Of a DNA stretch of 64,000 nt, positions 26,001 to 37,652 are shown piece after piece (position 1 is the stretch's first letter; every line of letters begins with the position of its first letter). The DNA is from Takakia lepidozioides (Eukaryota > Plantae > Bryophyta): positions 17,422,001-17,486,000 of the forward strand of contig CM060731.1 in the NCBI GenBank assembly GCA_030704615.1, read 5' to 3'. The translations under genes were made by a program, and so were the position numbers. Below the pieces are notes generated by a model. That model saw nothing but the letters and a program-made list of their open reading frames with translations. It made no database searches and was not told where the DNA came from.

Positions 26001-27646
26001 CTCACCTTCTTCAAGCAGTTGGTGGGGCTCCCAATCTTGTGGGAAGATGCAAAAGATGCAGATCCATTCCTATATGAGAGTTGCAAGAAAATTTTGGAGA
26101 TGGAACCTGATGTGATTGACACTGACGTTCTCGGCCTCACATTTGTGAGCGAAGTGGAGGAGTTGGGAACGCACAAGAGCATGGAACTCTGCATTGGTGG
26201 GAAGGACTTGGTAGTGAATAGTGAGAACCGGCGTCACTTTGTGGAACTGCTGGTTCAACGGCGCCTGGTTGCTTCAGTCGCAGAGCAGGTGAAGTCATTT
26301 TCACAAGGATTCTCAGATTTGCTTGTGAATGCTACCCATCAACAGTTCCTTCGCGCTCTTGAACCAGACGATCTTGACCTCATGCTCTACGGAAAGGACC
26401 GCAACATTTGCTTGGATGATTGGAAGGCCCACACAGAATACCATGAGTACAGTATATCCGACAACCAGATTGTCTGGTTTTGGCAGGTGGGATGGCTATC
26501 TGTGTTGATCTTCCAAGTGTATGTGATTGCCTGGTCACTACATAGTAATTGTCTTTGCCCTTTTAAATATGGCCGCTGAGGGTTTTTCAAGGGAAGGTCA
26601 GTGAAATTTTGTCATGTGGTCCCTATGCTTAGAGGTTTGTTACTTTGGGTTTGAGTTATGGACACGATCAAATCGATTCCATGTTAAAGTGTTTTCTGGG
26701 AAACGTCTGGAAGCTGACAAATCCAAAGTCTTAAGACAGACCTTTTGGTGGAGGAAGCCCTAGTGGACCCTTTCTGTCTGTGTCCAAACAGAGGCTGTAC
26801 TACCAAGGGCTTATGGAGTGAGTGGAAAGGGCCAGTGTCTTTGGCACATGTTGACGAGTTTTTGATATCCCGTCATTAAGTGCTGTTTCTTTGCAATTGA
26901 TGGAACTTCAATATTGCATCATCTTCAAGCGGCCTGTCCCTGTAGCTCCCATATGTGTAACTTAATGAATCTCCTGATGAAATATTATGGACGGCACTTC
27001 ATTTGACTCGAGCCAATTGAAAATTCTTACTGGGAAGCATCCAGTTGAATGATAGGAGCAAGAAAGTCGTGTGCACTGCTTGCCTCAAATTCGGGTTGTG
27101 ACGTGGAAGAGGAGATGAAGCATGGTTGCTGAGAGGTCCAAATACTTTTGTTTCCAAATGGTTATCGTTTGTTGACAAAGTTGTTTCTGATCTTATCAGC
27201 AAAAGCCCTGCGTTGTGCTGCAAGCCCTGCATTATAGGTGCCGTCTTGCATTATGGGTAAAAAAGATCAGTTCTGGGAAAGACAGGTAGCCTACAAGTGA
27301 TTGCAGTGAACATAGGTACTTGGAGTGGAAGAATTGGGAATGTACGGATCTGACAAGTTTGTAGTGGTGGTACGGATTGCAGGTGGTTGAGGCGATGTCA
27401 GCAGAGCAACGCAGGAGGCTGTTGTTTTTCTCAACTTCAGTGACGCACTTGCCAGCTGAGGGTTTTGCTGGTCTTTCTTCCAAGTTCCATATTCACAGGG
27501 CGCACACGGATATCAGCTGGTTGCCAACTGCCCATACATGCTTCTACCAGCTGGTTTTGCCAGCCTACCCAACATACCAAATCATGTACACACGCCTCCA
27601 GGCAATCACCGAATGTCATATTTCAGAAGGTTTTGGCTTCGCTTAG
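20004..27646 (+). CDS. UPL5: HECT E3 ubiquitin-protein ligase with N-terminal ubiquitin-like domain (UPL5 type). Predicted exons 20004-20297, 20521-21780, 22477-23110, 23613-23941, 24755-25097, 25900-26486, 27383-27646
   Basis: 'SSKRKLEDF' N-terminal motif. UBL 'LQFFVRTYIDGRTIVLHANASD..EQRLIFG..ATLHLV'. HECT 'EEATGPGVLREWF', 'FRFCGRVIALAL', catalytic 'LPTAHTCFYQL'. GT-AG junctions are phase-consistent when checked by hand; the start codon and the exon 3 end are less certain. Confidence 0.92.
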
Positions 27647-28574
27647 TCTGGGTATCCAATTAGAGTGATACTTGGACACATCTCTTAACCTGGTCAAACC
27701 TGGTTAAACCTGGTTGCACACTATTAGGACACATATATGCTCTCAAGCAACATGCCACAACTTCCACACTCTGCATGCTAAACTGAATGAGGGTTGGAGA
27801 GCATGGAGAGAATAGGGTCATCTTTTCCTGCAGGCAAGGGACCCCTTTCTCTGGGATGCCTTAGGTGGAGAGAGCAAAAGGGGTAAAGGTTGTAGAGTGT
27901 AGGTGTTTCTGCTGTAAAATAATCATAAGAAACTGGGCGAATGCAGCAACACTTTGAGGCAGACCTTTGTATACTTCTCATTGGATCGGGAAGGGTGGCT
28001 GGTTGAACTGAGTGGGCTTCACTTGCTCCACTGGGAAAATAAAATGTGTGAACTTTAAACCTTGTGATTGGAGAGGGTAGCTGCTGATAACCACCAAATC
28101 TGTTGGATTGTTGCTGGGCGTTTGCCATTTACTGTTGAAAGCTTCTCAAGTCTGGTTTAATTCCACGTCAATATACATTTTATCATGAGGTCATTTCAAC
28201 TTTGGCGCTCATAATGTGCACATGGTTTCACAATTTGGACAAAATTTGTAAAGCTGTACAAAAGATCGAAATGCGGTGAGTAAGCAAGGACCTCTAAGTT
28301 GAGAAGCACAAACCCCATAAATAAATGGACATATAAAGACAGAAAAACAGATCGAACTGATGTAGCATCACCTATTGCCTGAAGTAGACAATAGAAAAAT
28401 AAAAGTGGTGATAACGAGCCTAGAGGGACCATGACTAAAACCGTGGCAATTGTTGTGGATCTAAGCGTTGCACTACAATATATATCAATATAGATCGTTG
28501 TTTAACCTCACTTCATAGCACACAATGTTTCTAAGTTCTTTCTCTAGTTGATAGTTAGATCTCTCTAACACCGG

Positions 28575-30470
28575 ATAGTGGACAAGATCTGCCTTACTGA
28601 GAGCAAAACAGTCCTGATATTTTCTCAACACCTGTTCAAGTGCACACTGGTGTCCCTTTGGCAGCTTGTGATTAATGTTTATCTGTGCCCTAAGACTAGC
28701 CCAACGCACCTCTTCGGCGTGCTTGGCCTCATCATTAGGGTCCCTCTGTGGGATGTGGGGAACATGCGCAGCCACTTTCTCCTTCTCTTCCATAGCAGTA
28801 ATCATGTTCCAATCATGAAAGTCATCCTCTACCTCAGATTCATTGTTTCCCAACTCTCCCTCCCAAGCTTTGTCGTATGCATCATGTATCGTAGAAGATG
28901 CCATGTTCATGTTCGTCTCTTGCTGCAGCGCAATCCTTGAACATGCAGCACCTCCTCTCCTTCCTCGATTTCTTCAATGCAAGCCTCTATGTCAGTCAGG
29001 CCTAAACCTGGACCTTCATCTCTACACTCCAAGGAACTCTCATCACTGGTTGAGGCACTCCCGGTGGGACTGTGAGGATCTAGATCTTCCTCCATCTCCT
29101 GGTCGTTGTTGGGCATAAGTAAATGAGCAGCAGATGTAATTGTCATGATGTGCTCATGCACTTCCTCCCTCACGGACACACAGCTCCCCTGTTCCACTTG
29201 TTCAATTTGGTTGATGGTCAACTTTTCCAACTGCCCTGGCACTGACATGATTACATCCATAGGAGAGAGGGAGATCCTTCCCTTGTAAAAATGCTTCAAA
29301 ATCTTTGACCTTGGGCTACTTTCAGCAGAACGAGGAGCTCGTGGGGTTTGTACTGCAGCCCCCGAACTTCCTGACTCTCCACTGGTATGCTCACCCTCCT
29401 TAGATCATCCAGAGCTGATGGCCGAAGGCAGTGGAACTGGGGTACGATTTCGAGGGAGTCTTACCTCATTAATGTCTTGTTCCCTCATCAATGTAGTCAT
29501 CTCGGCCAAGATCTGGTCTTCATCATCACAATATACCTCCACGAAGTGAGTTGCAGGTGTCCCAGTGTTGTTCGTCTAAAGCTTTCGACTACACACATTC
29601 TCAAGGTGCCCCAACATCTTACAATACGAGCATCTAACCCCACACATCTCTGTTCGGTGGCCCACTCTGTGGCATTTTCCATAGGTTGGTGGTGCTCTCC
29701 CCACAGGACAAGTGGCGGCAATGTGCCATTCTTGATTGCAAGTATTGCAGGTGCGCACCCCCCTTGGTGGTGTCTTGCTGCTTGATGATTCCCCATACAC
29801 CGGACCCTTGTCAAAATAGGGTATTGGTCATATTGTCCAGTCTCTTGTCCATTGGATTCAAATAAGCTATTTCATCACTGTCTCTTCCAGCGGCTCCAGA
29901 GGGGTTTCACCCAATCTTCCCAGTCCGCGTTCAATCTCAATCGCAGTTCCAAAGCTTCATCTATATCCACAAATCATCTGCCAAGCATGGCCCTCATTAT
30001 TTCCGGTCGCAAGCCCCCAACAAAGCGCTTGCGCTGCTCCAGATCAGCTATGCCTCCTTTCAAAAACACACGGCTCAGCTTATCAAAGTACGCCTGAACG
30101 CATTGCTTATGCTCCTGTTTGATTGAATCCAGTCTCATCTTGATTTCCGCCACGTCCACAACTCCAAACTTGGCGGTAATTGCAGCCTGGAAGTCTGGCC
30201 AATTGTCTGGCCTTGGGTTCTGCTTGCGGAACCATTCGTCCGCCTTGGAACGCAGATTCAACCAGGCCACTTTGAACATCTTGTCTTCACTTAGATCCTG
30301 TACGTCTCCAAACATCTGGATTCGGTCGATCCAGTCGTGAACATCTTCGTTCTTCCTACCGAAGAACGGGGCCTCAATGCCCGCTGGGCTCGTCATCCTC
30401 CAAATACACAGTAGCAGTCAAAACGAAAGGAAAATAGTAAGCAATCAAAATCAACAGGCAAACACACACA
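28575..30470 (-). mobile_element. Decayed Ty3/gypsy remnant (different family): gag with three zinc knuckles and a pre-RT linker fragment
   Basis: ORF 29974-30396 is gag-like ('FFGRKNEDVHDWI..LRSKADEWF..FVGGLRPEI'). ORF 29576-29800 has CNTCNQEWHIAATC, a degenerate (G)KCHRVGHRTEMC and CSYCKMLGHLENVC. 'ININHKL..LEQVLRKYQDCFA' occurs at ~28600-28690. Confidence 0.75.
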
Positions 30471-33400
30471 CCTGACCAAACCCGGTCGATGCACAACCTG
30501 AAAGTCATACTCCTGGAGTATGAGTGCCCACCGTGCAAGCTTCCCCATAAGCTTGTCTGACTCCATCAACCACTTGAGTGGCTGGTGATCCGTAACAAGG
30601 GTGAAGAGATTGTCGTATAGATAGTACCTGAAGTGTGTACCTGCAGCTAAGCACTCTCCCTCATATGAGCTGTACTTAGCCTCTGCAGCGTTGTTCGAGC
30701 GGCTAGCATAAGCCACTACAAACTCTCTTCCCTCATCATCCACCTGTGTGAGCACCGCTCCAAGCCCCAGCATGCTCCAATCCGTATGCAGCTGAAAGGG
30801 ACGCCCCCTGATAGGTCGTCTCAGGATAGGCGCCGAGGTCAACCTCGCCTTGAGCTCTTGAAAAGCTCGTTCCTGCTCATCTTCCCACTGCCACTCCTGG
30901 TCCACCTTGGTCAGCTTGGTTAGAGCCTTTGCAATGGCACTAAATCCCTTGACAAACCCGTCTATAATAGTTTGCCAACCCCATGAAAGCTCGAACTCGG
31001 CTCACATCCGTGGGGCGTGGAATTTGTGCAATGGCCTCTACCTTAGTCTGCTGTATCTATAGGGTCTCCAAAAGATTGGTGTGTCAGTGGCCAACTCAAT
31101 ACAGATCTCTTGACCCTTCAGTGCTCCCAAGTCCTTCAAACTGAAGGCAAAGCAATTCCTGTAAGCCCTCAGGAACCACCGTATACGTCGTCTCTCTCCT
31201 CCGGTGACAATGGGTCCAATGTCAGGCTCCCAATTGTCTTCCGTAACTGCAACCTTAAGTCCAGTGGGCTTAGAGGTAGAGGACGCGTCCAGTGGTTGCT
31301 ATGTTGCAACCTCTTGAGCAGTACTCCCTACCTGCTCAGTCAGTGACAAGGCCTCATCCTGCCCCATCATCTCATCCTCAAGGACTTCCTCCACCCGAGA
31401 AAAATCCCCAACCTCATCTATCACCGCCACCTTGGCTGCCAACTCCCTCTGAACCTCGAGCACCTCCCACGTGTGCCATGGATGCCAGCGCCCCGTGGTC
31501 CTCACATGATCGCCCCCACTCACTGCCTGTACCGTCTCGGTAGGCAGACTGACCATTGAGGGAAGTGTACTCCGCACTCTGCGTTGCTCAGCCATAGTCA
31601 AGCTGATAATCCAGGTCAAGCAATTGAGATCCATTGCTTGTCCCACACCTGACGACGTGATGCCTCAGAAAGAGACGACACCACCGTGGTACCAGTGGTA
31701 AAACCCATTGCCCGCTCACGCTCGTCAGCATTAGGCTCCACTAACTACTGATTGCCATGCCTATAGGAAGCTGACTCCTCCCAAAAATCCAGGGTGAAGC
31801 CCATGGGGTACAACACTGCCCCACCAACCAGGACATCGTATGAGACCGCGTCTGTCACAATGGCCTTGGCTCGCATCACTGAGCCATCTGTAGGGTGATC
31901 CGGCCGTAGTCTGATAGCTAACTCACGCCGTGTCATGCCCCGAGCCTGCTTCGATCCTCCCAGAGACGTCTGTATCTGGAAAGGACAAGGCTCCATATCC
32001 GCCTCCGTGAGGCCCAAGCCTGCAATAGCAGCTCTGCCCAGTATCAATGGCTGAGCTCCCGAGTCCAACAAGACCCGCAGTGGCCCGGTACCTCTTGCCT
32101 GCCGGTCCACTCAAACAGAAAATGCCATCCTAGTTGTTTAACATGACAACTCCAGGTGTAACCGTGGCGCGCTCAATGGCTGGCCTAGCTGGCAACTCCA
32201 TCAACCTAGCAGCTGCAGCTTGCCATGGCGCCGCCGTGGTAGTCTTGACCCTCAAATCCGAGGATCCCTCCGGCACTACACCTCTCATTATCTCCGTAGA
32301 AGATGAAGTAACCTCCCCACTCTCACAGAGTGTAGCTGCCAGCCTGAACACCTCAGCTAGTCTTATCCCCGGTGTCGCAATCATGGTAGCCGAGAACAAT
32401 GGAGCCTGGCACACAGATGTGGCCGCTACTAGCAGCACACTAGCTACCGTAGCCTTGGCAACACTAGGTAGTGGTGCTACCCGTGTAGCTCTCCCCAATG
32501 GCATAATAACCTCCGCCTCGGTAACAGTCGGGCGAGAACTAGGTGCCATGGATGGCGTCGACACTGTCTCCGCCAATGTGAATGACTGAGGAAGCCTAGC
32601 CTGACGGCTTGCCTCCCCACGCTGTGGATCCAACTCCACCTCTGCATCTCGTGGCTCAGGAACTCGTGCTGCTCCTCGAGTCACGGCTGTAGCAGACTCC
32701 ACCTGCACTAGTGGTAGTGCTGCTCCACACATGAATCCCATGCCTCCCATATCTCCTCCCTCAGGAGCAGGAGGTGGACCATCCGGCCTTGGAGCCGGTA
32801 CCACCTGAGCTGTAGCCATGGCAGCGAGCCTCTGCTCTAGCTGCTGAAACCGGTTGGTCATGCCTTGGTCAACACCCTGACCTCCGCGTCGCGTCCTTGG
32901 CCATGTTGAGCTTGCCCTTGGCCTGCACCTCGTGCTTGGCCACCTCGTCCTCTCTGGGCTGCTCCACCTCGCCCCCGGCCACCATTGTTCTCTTGGAACT
33001 AGCCTGGGCGTAACTCAGGATACAAACCATAACACTGGGCCTCTCCATGCCCGTGCTTGCCATAATGCCTATACTGCAACTGTACAGGCTGTGCATGTGT
33101 CGGCCCTTTGCCTCCCTCTGGACAATCCTTCTTGACGTGGGGTCCTCCACATGTCCAACACACCACATCCGCCCGTTGTTGGCCTGCAAATGAAGGGGGA
33201 GACCCCTACATCTGAGGTCCTCTCTTCCCTTCCCTGAGCTTCACCTGAGCCCCCTTGTTTGCCTTGAGCACGTTGAGGTAGTGGTTGGCTAGGAGCACCA
33301 CTACCCCGTGGTGTCTCCTTAGCAAATCCCACCATGACCACTCGTTCCTCCACCATGTTGAGCTCTATCCGCTCTGCCAGCAAGAACACATTTGCTAAGG

Positions 33401-34964
33401 TGGGTTGGGCCACTTGTAAGAGAGTTGCATCCCGCACCCTTCTCCTCAGCTCCTTGTCCAATATCCCATACCAGAATTGGACTGCCTGAGCTTCCGTAAT
33501 CCCTTGGGTTACATTTATCAAGCGCCTCATGCTAGTGAAAGCCTCCCTCAAGCTCTCAATCGGCTTCCGTTGGAACTCTTGCAAGCTCCGCAACTTCTTT
33601 GTCCTCATCCCTTGGTAGTTCTCTCTTAACTCTTCGAAGAACTCCACAACAGGGTTGAAGGCAGGCACCGCCACTGGTGCTGGTGCAGTAGTAGCTTGGG
33701 TGGACGTCGTAGCTACGGTATCACCAGTCCCACTAGTCCCACTGCTGCTTGCTGAAGCTACCGGTGTAGCGGTAGGTGTAACCACTGCCCTCGTGGCTCT
33801 AGTGCCCCTAGTGATGGAGACATAGTCGGGTGACCAGACATCCTCCACTCCTTGATCTCAACCTCATGCCCCCGCCTGAACTCATGGTATCGTCCATAGG
33901 CGGCCCTCAAGGTCTGAAACAGCCCCTTCCATGCCATGAAAGGCGTAAATAGTTGTGGATTGCGCATTTGCTACAAATCACACCAACTATCAAACTCTTG
34001 GATAAAATCATCCAACTCGATGGTGCCCACTGCCCCAGAATACATTCATGGCCCCTTGGTAGCTCCATAGATCTCCTCCATTGTGTCCCACAACAATGAC
34101 AAGGAAACAACTTGCACCGCCGGTGTGACCGCCGGTGTGGTCCTCCTGATTCAGAACCTTCCGTAGAACACACGGAGGTGAAGGTGGCCTAAACCGCACA
34201 CCTCGTCTCGTGGACCCCCTATATTGCTAGTGCTCGACCCGGCACTTCCCCAGGCAACTAGTGGCCCTCGTGTTGACAACTGTCACTCAACCGTCATGGC
34301 TTCAAATGTCCCATAACCCCCCTCCACAAGGTAACCGGGTAGAGAACCTGTTTTGCGGCTTATGGTTTGAATACTAGGTTCCTAACATAGCCTACACTGC
34401 CTTGCATCCACCGCAAGCACTCCTATGGTTGGCTGATCATCACCTCCAACCTCACCACAAGAAAACAATGATGGTCTGACTGGTCATCACCCCAGCCTCA
34501 CCATCGACAACATGCTCTAGGACTGGCCGGTGATCAAATCCGGATCAATCACCTATAAAAACAAGCGCCCACACAAAACTAACATGGCGCACAGTCAAGC
34601 ATGCAGGTATGGAGGGGATCCAAACACAAGAAATCAGAACGTCAACTCCCCCATACCAAAAACACCTCCACGGTGTTGCTCCTGCAAGGATACCCCAGCC
34701 CAAACCCGGACTGACTCTTGCCTCCACCTACGGAAAGGTCTTGGCCTAATGAGAGGGTGGAAAACTATGAGGAAGAGGAGCTAAAGCAATGCCTAACCCC
34801 AGCATGCCCTCATCCCAACACTTTTTCTTTCTCTCCTCTCCTTCCCTCACTTGCATGACCATGGAAATATCATGAAGATACTCTTCAACCCGCCCTCCAT
34901 GAGCTTCAAATTTGGGCCTTCAAGACATGCCAGTCCTTAGGCAGTCCACCAGTGCCTCCATGAG

Positions 34965-35795
34965 TCAGCACAGGCCGTCCACAGATCAACACGGGCCACC
35001 ACAGACCAGCACAGGCCCACACAGATCACTGGTCACACAGCCGTCACACACAAGCCCACACATGCCATAGCCTGTCACAGAGCCCGTCACATCCCCAAAA
35101 GCCACAGGTCACAACCTGTCACTGCCCTACACAGGTCAACAGGGTCACAGCCCCAAATGCCCAATGTCACAACGACCAGCCTTTCCAAGCCCATCACAAC
35201 CCCAAAGGCACAGCACACGCCTATCACAGCCCTACAACAGGTCACAGGGTCCAGCCCCAAGGCCACAGCCTGTCATAGCCTATCACAGCCCTACACAGAT
35301 CACATGGGTCACATGGGTCATAGCCACAGCCTGTCACATGTCAGAGGGGTCACAGGGCACAGGGCACAGCCTGTCACAGCCCACAGCCCATCACAGCCCC
35401 TCACAGCCCCATCAACAAAGCCCATCACAGCCCCACAGGTCATAGGCACAGCCTGTCCACAAAACCCTACACAGGTCCCAGGTGTCACTACGGCCCTCCA
35501 AAGGCCACAGCCTGTCCACAAGCCCTACACAGGTTAGAGGGGTCACAGGCCCCAAGGCCACCACCTGTCACTAACCTGTCACACAGCCCATCACAGCCCC
35601 ACAGCCACAGGGCACAGCCCTGTCACACCATACACAACCCAACCACCCCACACACGTCACAGGGGTCACACAACCACAGCCTGTCACAGGTCAGAGGGGT
35701 CACGGGCACAAGGGCAACAGCCTGTCACACACCCAACACCACAGCCCCATAGGCCACATGCCACAGCCTGTCACACACAGCCCCTCACAGCCCAT
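34965..35795. repeat. Low-complexity CA-rich minisatellite in the copy A leader
   Basis: Dozens of 'cacagcc', 'cctgtcac' and 'ggtcaca' modules. Confidence 0.85.
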
Positions 35796-36194
35796 CCATG
35801 GCCACTCTGGCAGTTTTAGCCATTTCTCCAAGGTTTTAGCCACACCACGCTAGGGTTTGTGTCTCTTGGACTCTATAGCTCTTTTGCAACACCGTGCTAT
35901 GGCGGCTGTGAAGAAATCAGCAAGGTATTTCTTGCTCTTTCGGCTCCCACACACACCCTAAACCCTAAGCCATGAGGAAGATGGTTGCCACAAACCAAGC
36001 CTTCTTTCTCACTTAGACCCCCCAAACACGCCACCAAACTCAATGGCAAACAACCAAGCCTGGTTTCCAGCCCTTGTGAGCACTCATTCAAGCGTTTTCC
36101 CTTGGCCATAACATCTGTTTTAGAGCCTATTCCAGCCCCCTACATCTGCCACTTCAGAGCCATGCTCTTCTAGCTTGAGGTTGAACCCCAACTA

Positions 36195-36640
36195 AGAACA
36201 TGCTCTACAAGTGTCCGACTGTCACATAAGACGCTCAGCCCCTTACCTTCTCTCTCTAGTCTCTAAGCTTGAAAACAAAGCCCAATGGACTGAAGGCATA
36301 CTCCACACATGCCCCACTCTCACCACAAGAGAATCAGCCTCTTTGCTTCCTTTCTTGCACCCACCAACCTGAAAATACAAGCTTCAAGCGGGCTGAAAGC
36401 ATGCTCCACACATGCCCTACAGGGAAACCAACCATTCCTTTCTTTCTTGGCACTCCCAAACCTGAAAGTACAAGCCTTCAACAGGCTGAAAACATGCTCC
36501 ACACATGCATTGCCCTCACATAAGGGAAGTCAGCCCTTCCCTCTTCCTTGCTTGCCCTCCAAGCTTGAAGATGGAAGCTTCAATGAGCTGAATACATGCT
36601 CCACATATGCAACCTCTTCCACAAGAGGTATCAGCAACCC
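36195..36640. repeat. Diverged ~100-bp tandem repeat (~5 units) in the copy A leader
   Basis: The anchor 'cat(g/a)ctc(c/t)aca' recurs at ~36199, 36297, 36400, 36493 and 36595 with similar flanks. Confidence 0.75.
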
Positions 36641-37165
36641 TATCTTGGCTCCTTGATGCTCTCTAAGACAAGACTAAGCCTCCACAGCCTTTGCCAAGCT
36701 CTTGAAAACCTAAGGCTTACATTTCCAGTCACAAGACACTCCTCTTGTGGTGCAAGAGCTCTTCTTCCAAGCTCTGAAACCCTAGGTGGCACATTCCATG
36801 GCCTTGCCGCACCTCTTAGCTCCTGTTCCAGCCCTGCTCTTGCCATGACAAGAGCCCTCTCATGTTGAAGCTCGAGATTGAAAAAACCCATCTCAACATA
36901 CTCCACAAAGTGCACTGATTTGCCCCAAGCCAAATCAACCCTTTCGCTTGTCTTGCAATCCTTCACACAATGAAAGCTCGCATTCCCAAGTCCAGTTCTC
37001 AGCTTTGCCACCAAAGCCACTATAACCTGCTCTTGACTGGTCCTCTTCCCAATCGTGCTTGCTCATGCATGTACACAATCTGAAACCATCGAGGTGCTCT
37101 GGAATTACCTGCAGCATGGTGCTTTCATCTCTGAAGCTGACGATTGAATGCCAAGGTCTACCACC

Positions 37166-37652
37166 TCGTAACCCACATCGCCTCCGCTTCTAACACCAAG
37201 AGCTCCACGGTGCTCCTTGCATAACACCTTGTTTCTCTCATTCTCAAGAAAAACCACAAGTGCTACAAATAACTCGTATGCTGGCACTCCCGATACGAGC
37301 TCATCTTTTCTCGAGTGATCAAGAAGAAGAATACAGCACAAGCTCACAAAGCTGAAGCATAAAACTCATGCATATATAAACTCATCACTCAAATACAAGT
37401 CAAGCCACGTGCACCCCACACATGGTGAATCCACACTTACGGCGTCATAGCTAGGCGCGGCGAGGCCAACTCGAGAAAAATGAGCCTCCCTTCCCGATCA
37501 CCTTCCCTCCCGCGCTTGTCCGTGAAGATAACCACTCCAGGGCCTAAATCTGCCTTGACCCCTGATTGACACTTGGGCCAATCCCAAATATCAATATGTA
37601 AAAGCTAGCTATTTCCTAGCTAGTTTCACACTAGTGGTAAAATAACTTGACA
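37166..37652 (-). repeat. Putative 5' LTR of copy A
   Basis: The minus strand begins TGTCAAGTTA..tgtgaaacta(g)ctag..caagtgt..tcag..gtcaag..ttatcttcacg, homologous to the LTR at 45459. The inner end is inferred from a TGG-initiated PBS-like site at 37149-37163. Confidence 0.65.

Larger units (their letters stand above)
30475..37652 (-). mobile_element. DNMT-gypsy family copy A: 5' LTR, long leader, gag, protease, MTase C-terminal remnant, RNase H; internally deleted and 3'-truncated
   Basis: gag at ~33069-34200 is homologous to copy B. Protease 'RVLLDSGAQPLILG' (31745-32110). MTase motifs IX/X 'EPNADERERAMGF..GQAMDLNCLTWII' (~31600-31745). RNase H 'FQLHTDWS..DHQPLKWL..ARWALILQEYDF' (30475-30905). 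Confidence 0.88.

Noticed and set aside
35157-35537. Thr/Pro/Gln-rich ORFs resembling mucin or extensin
   Set aside because: They are translations of the CACAG minisatellite in the retroelement leader.
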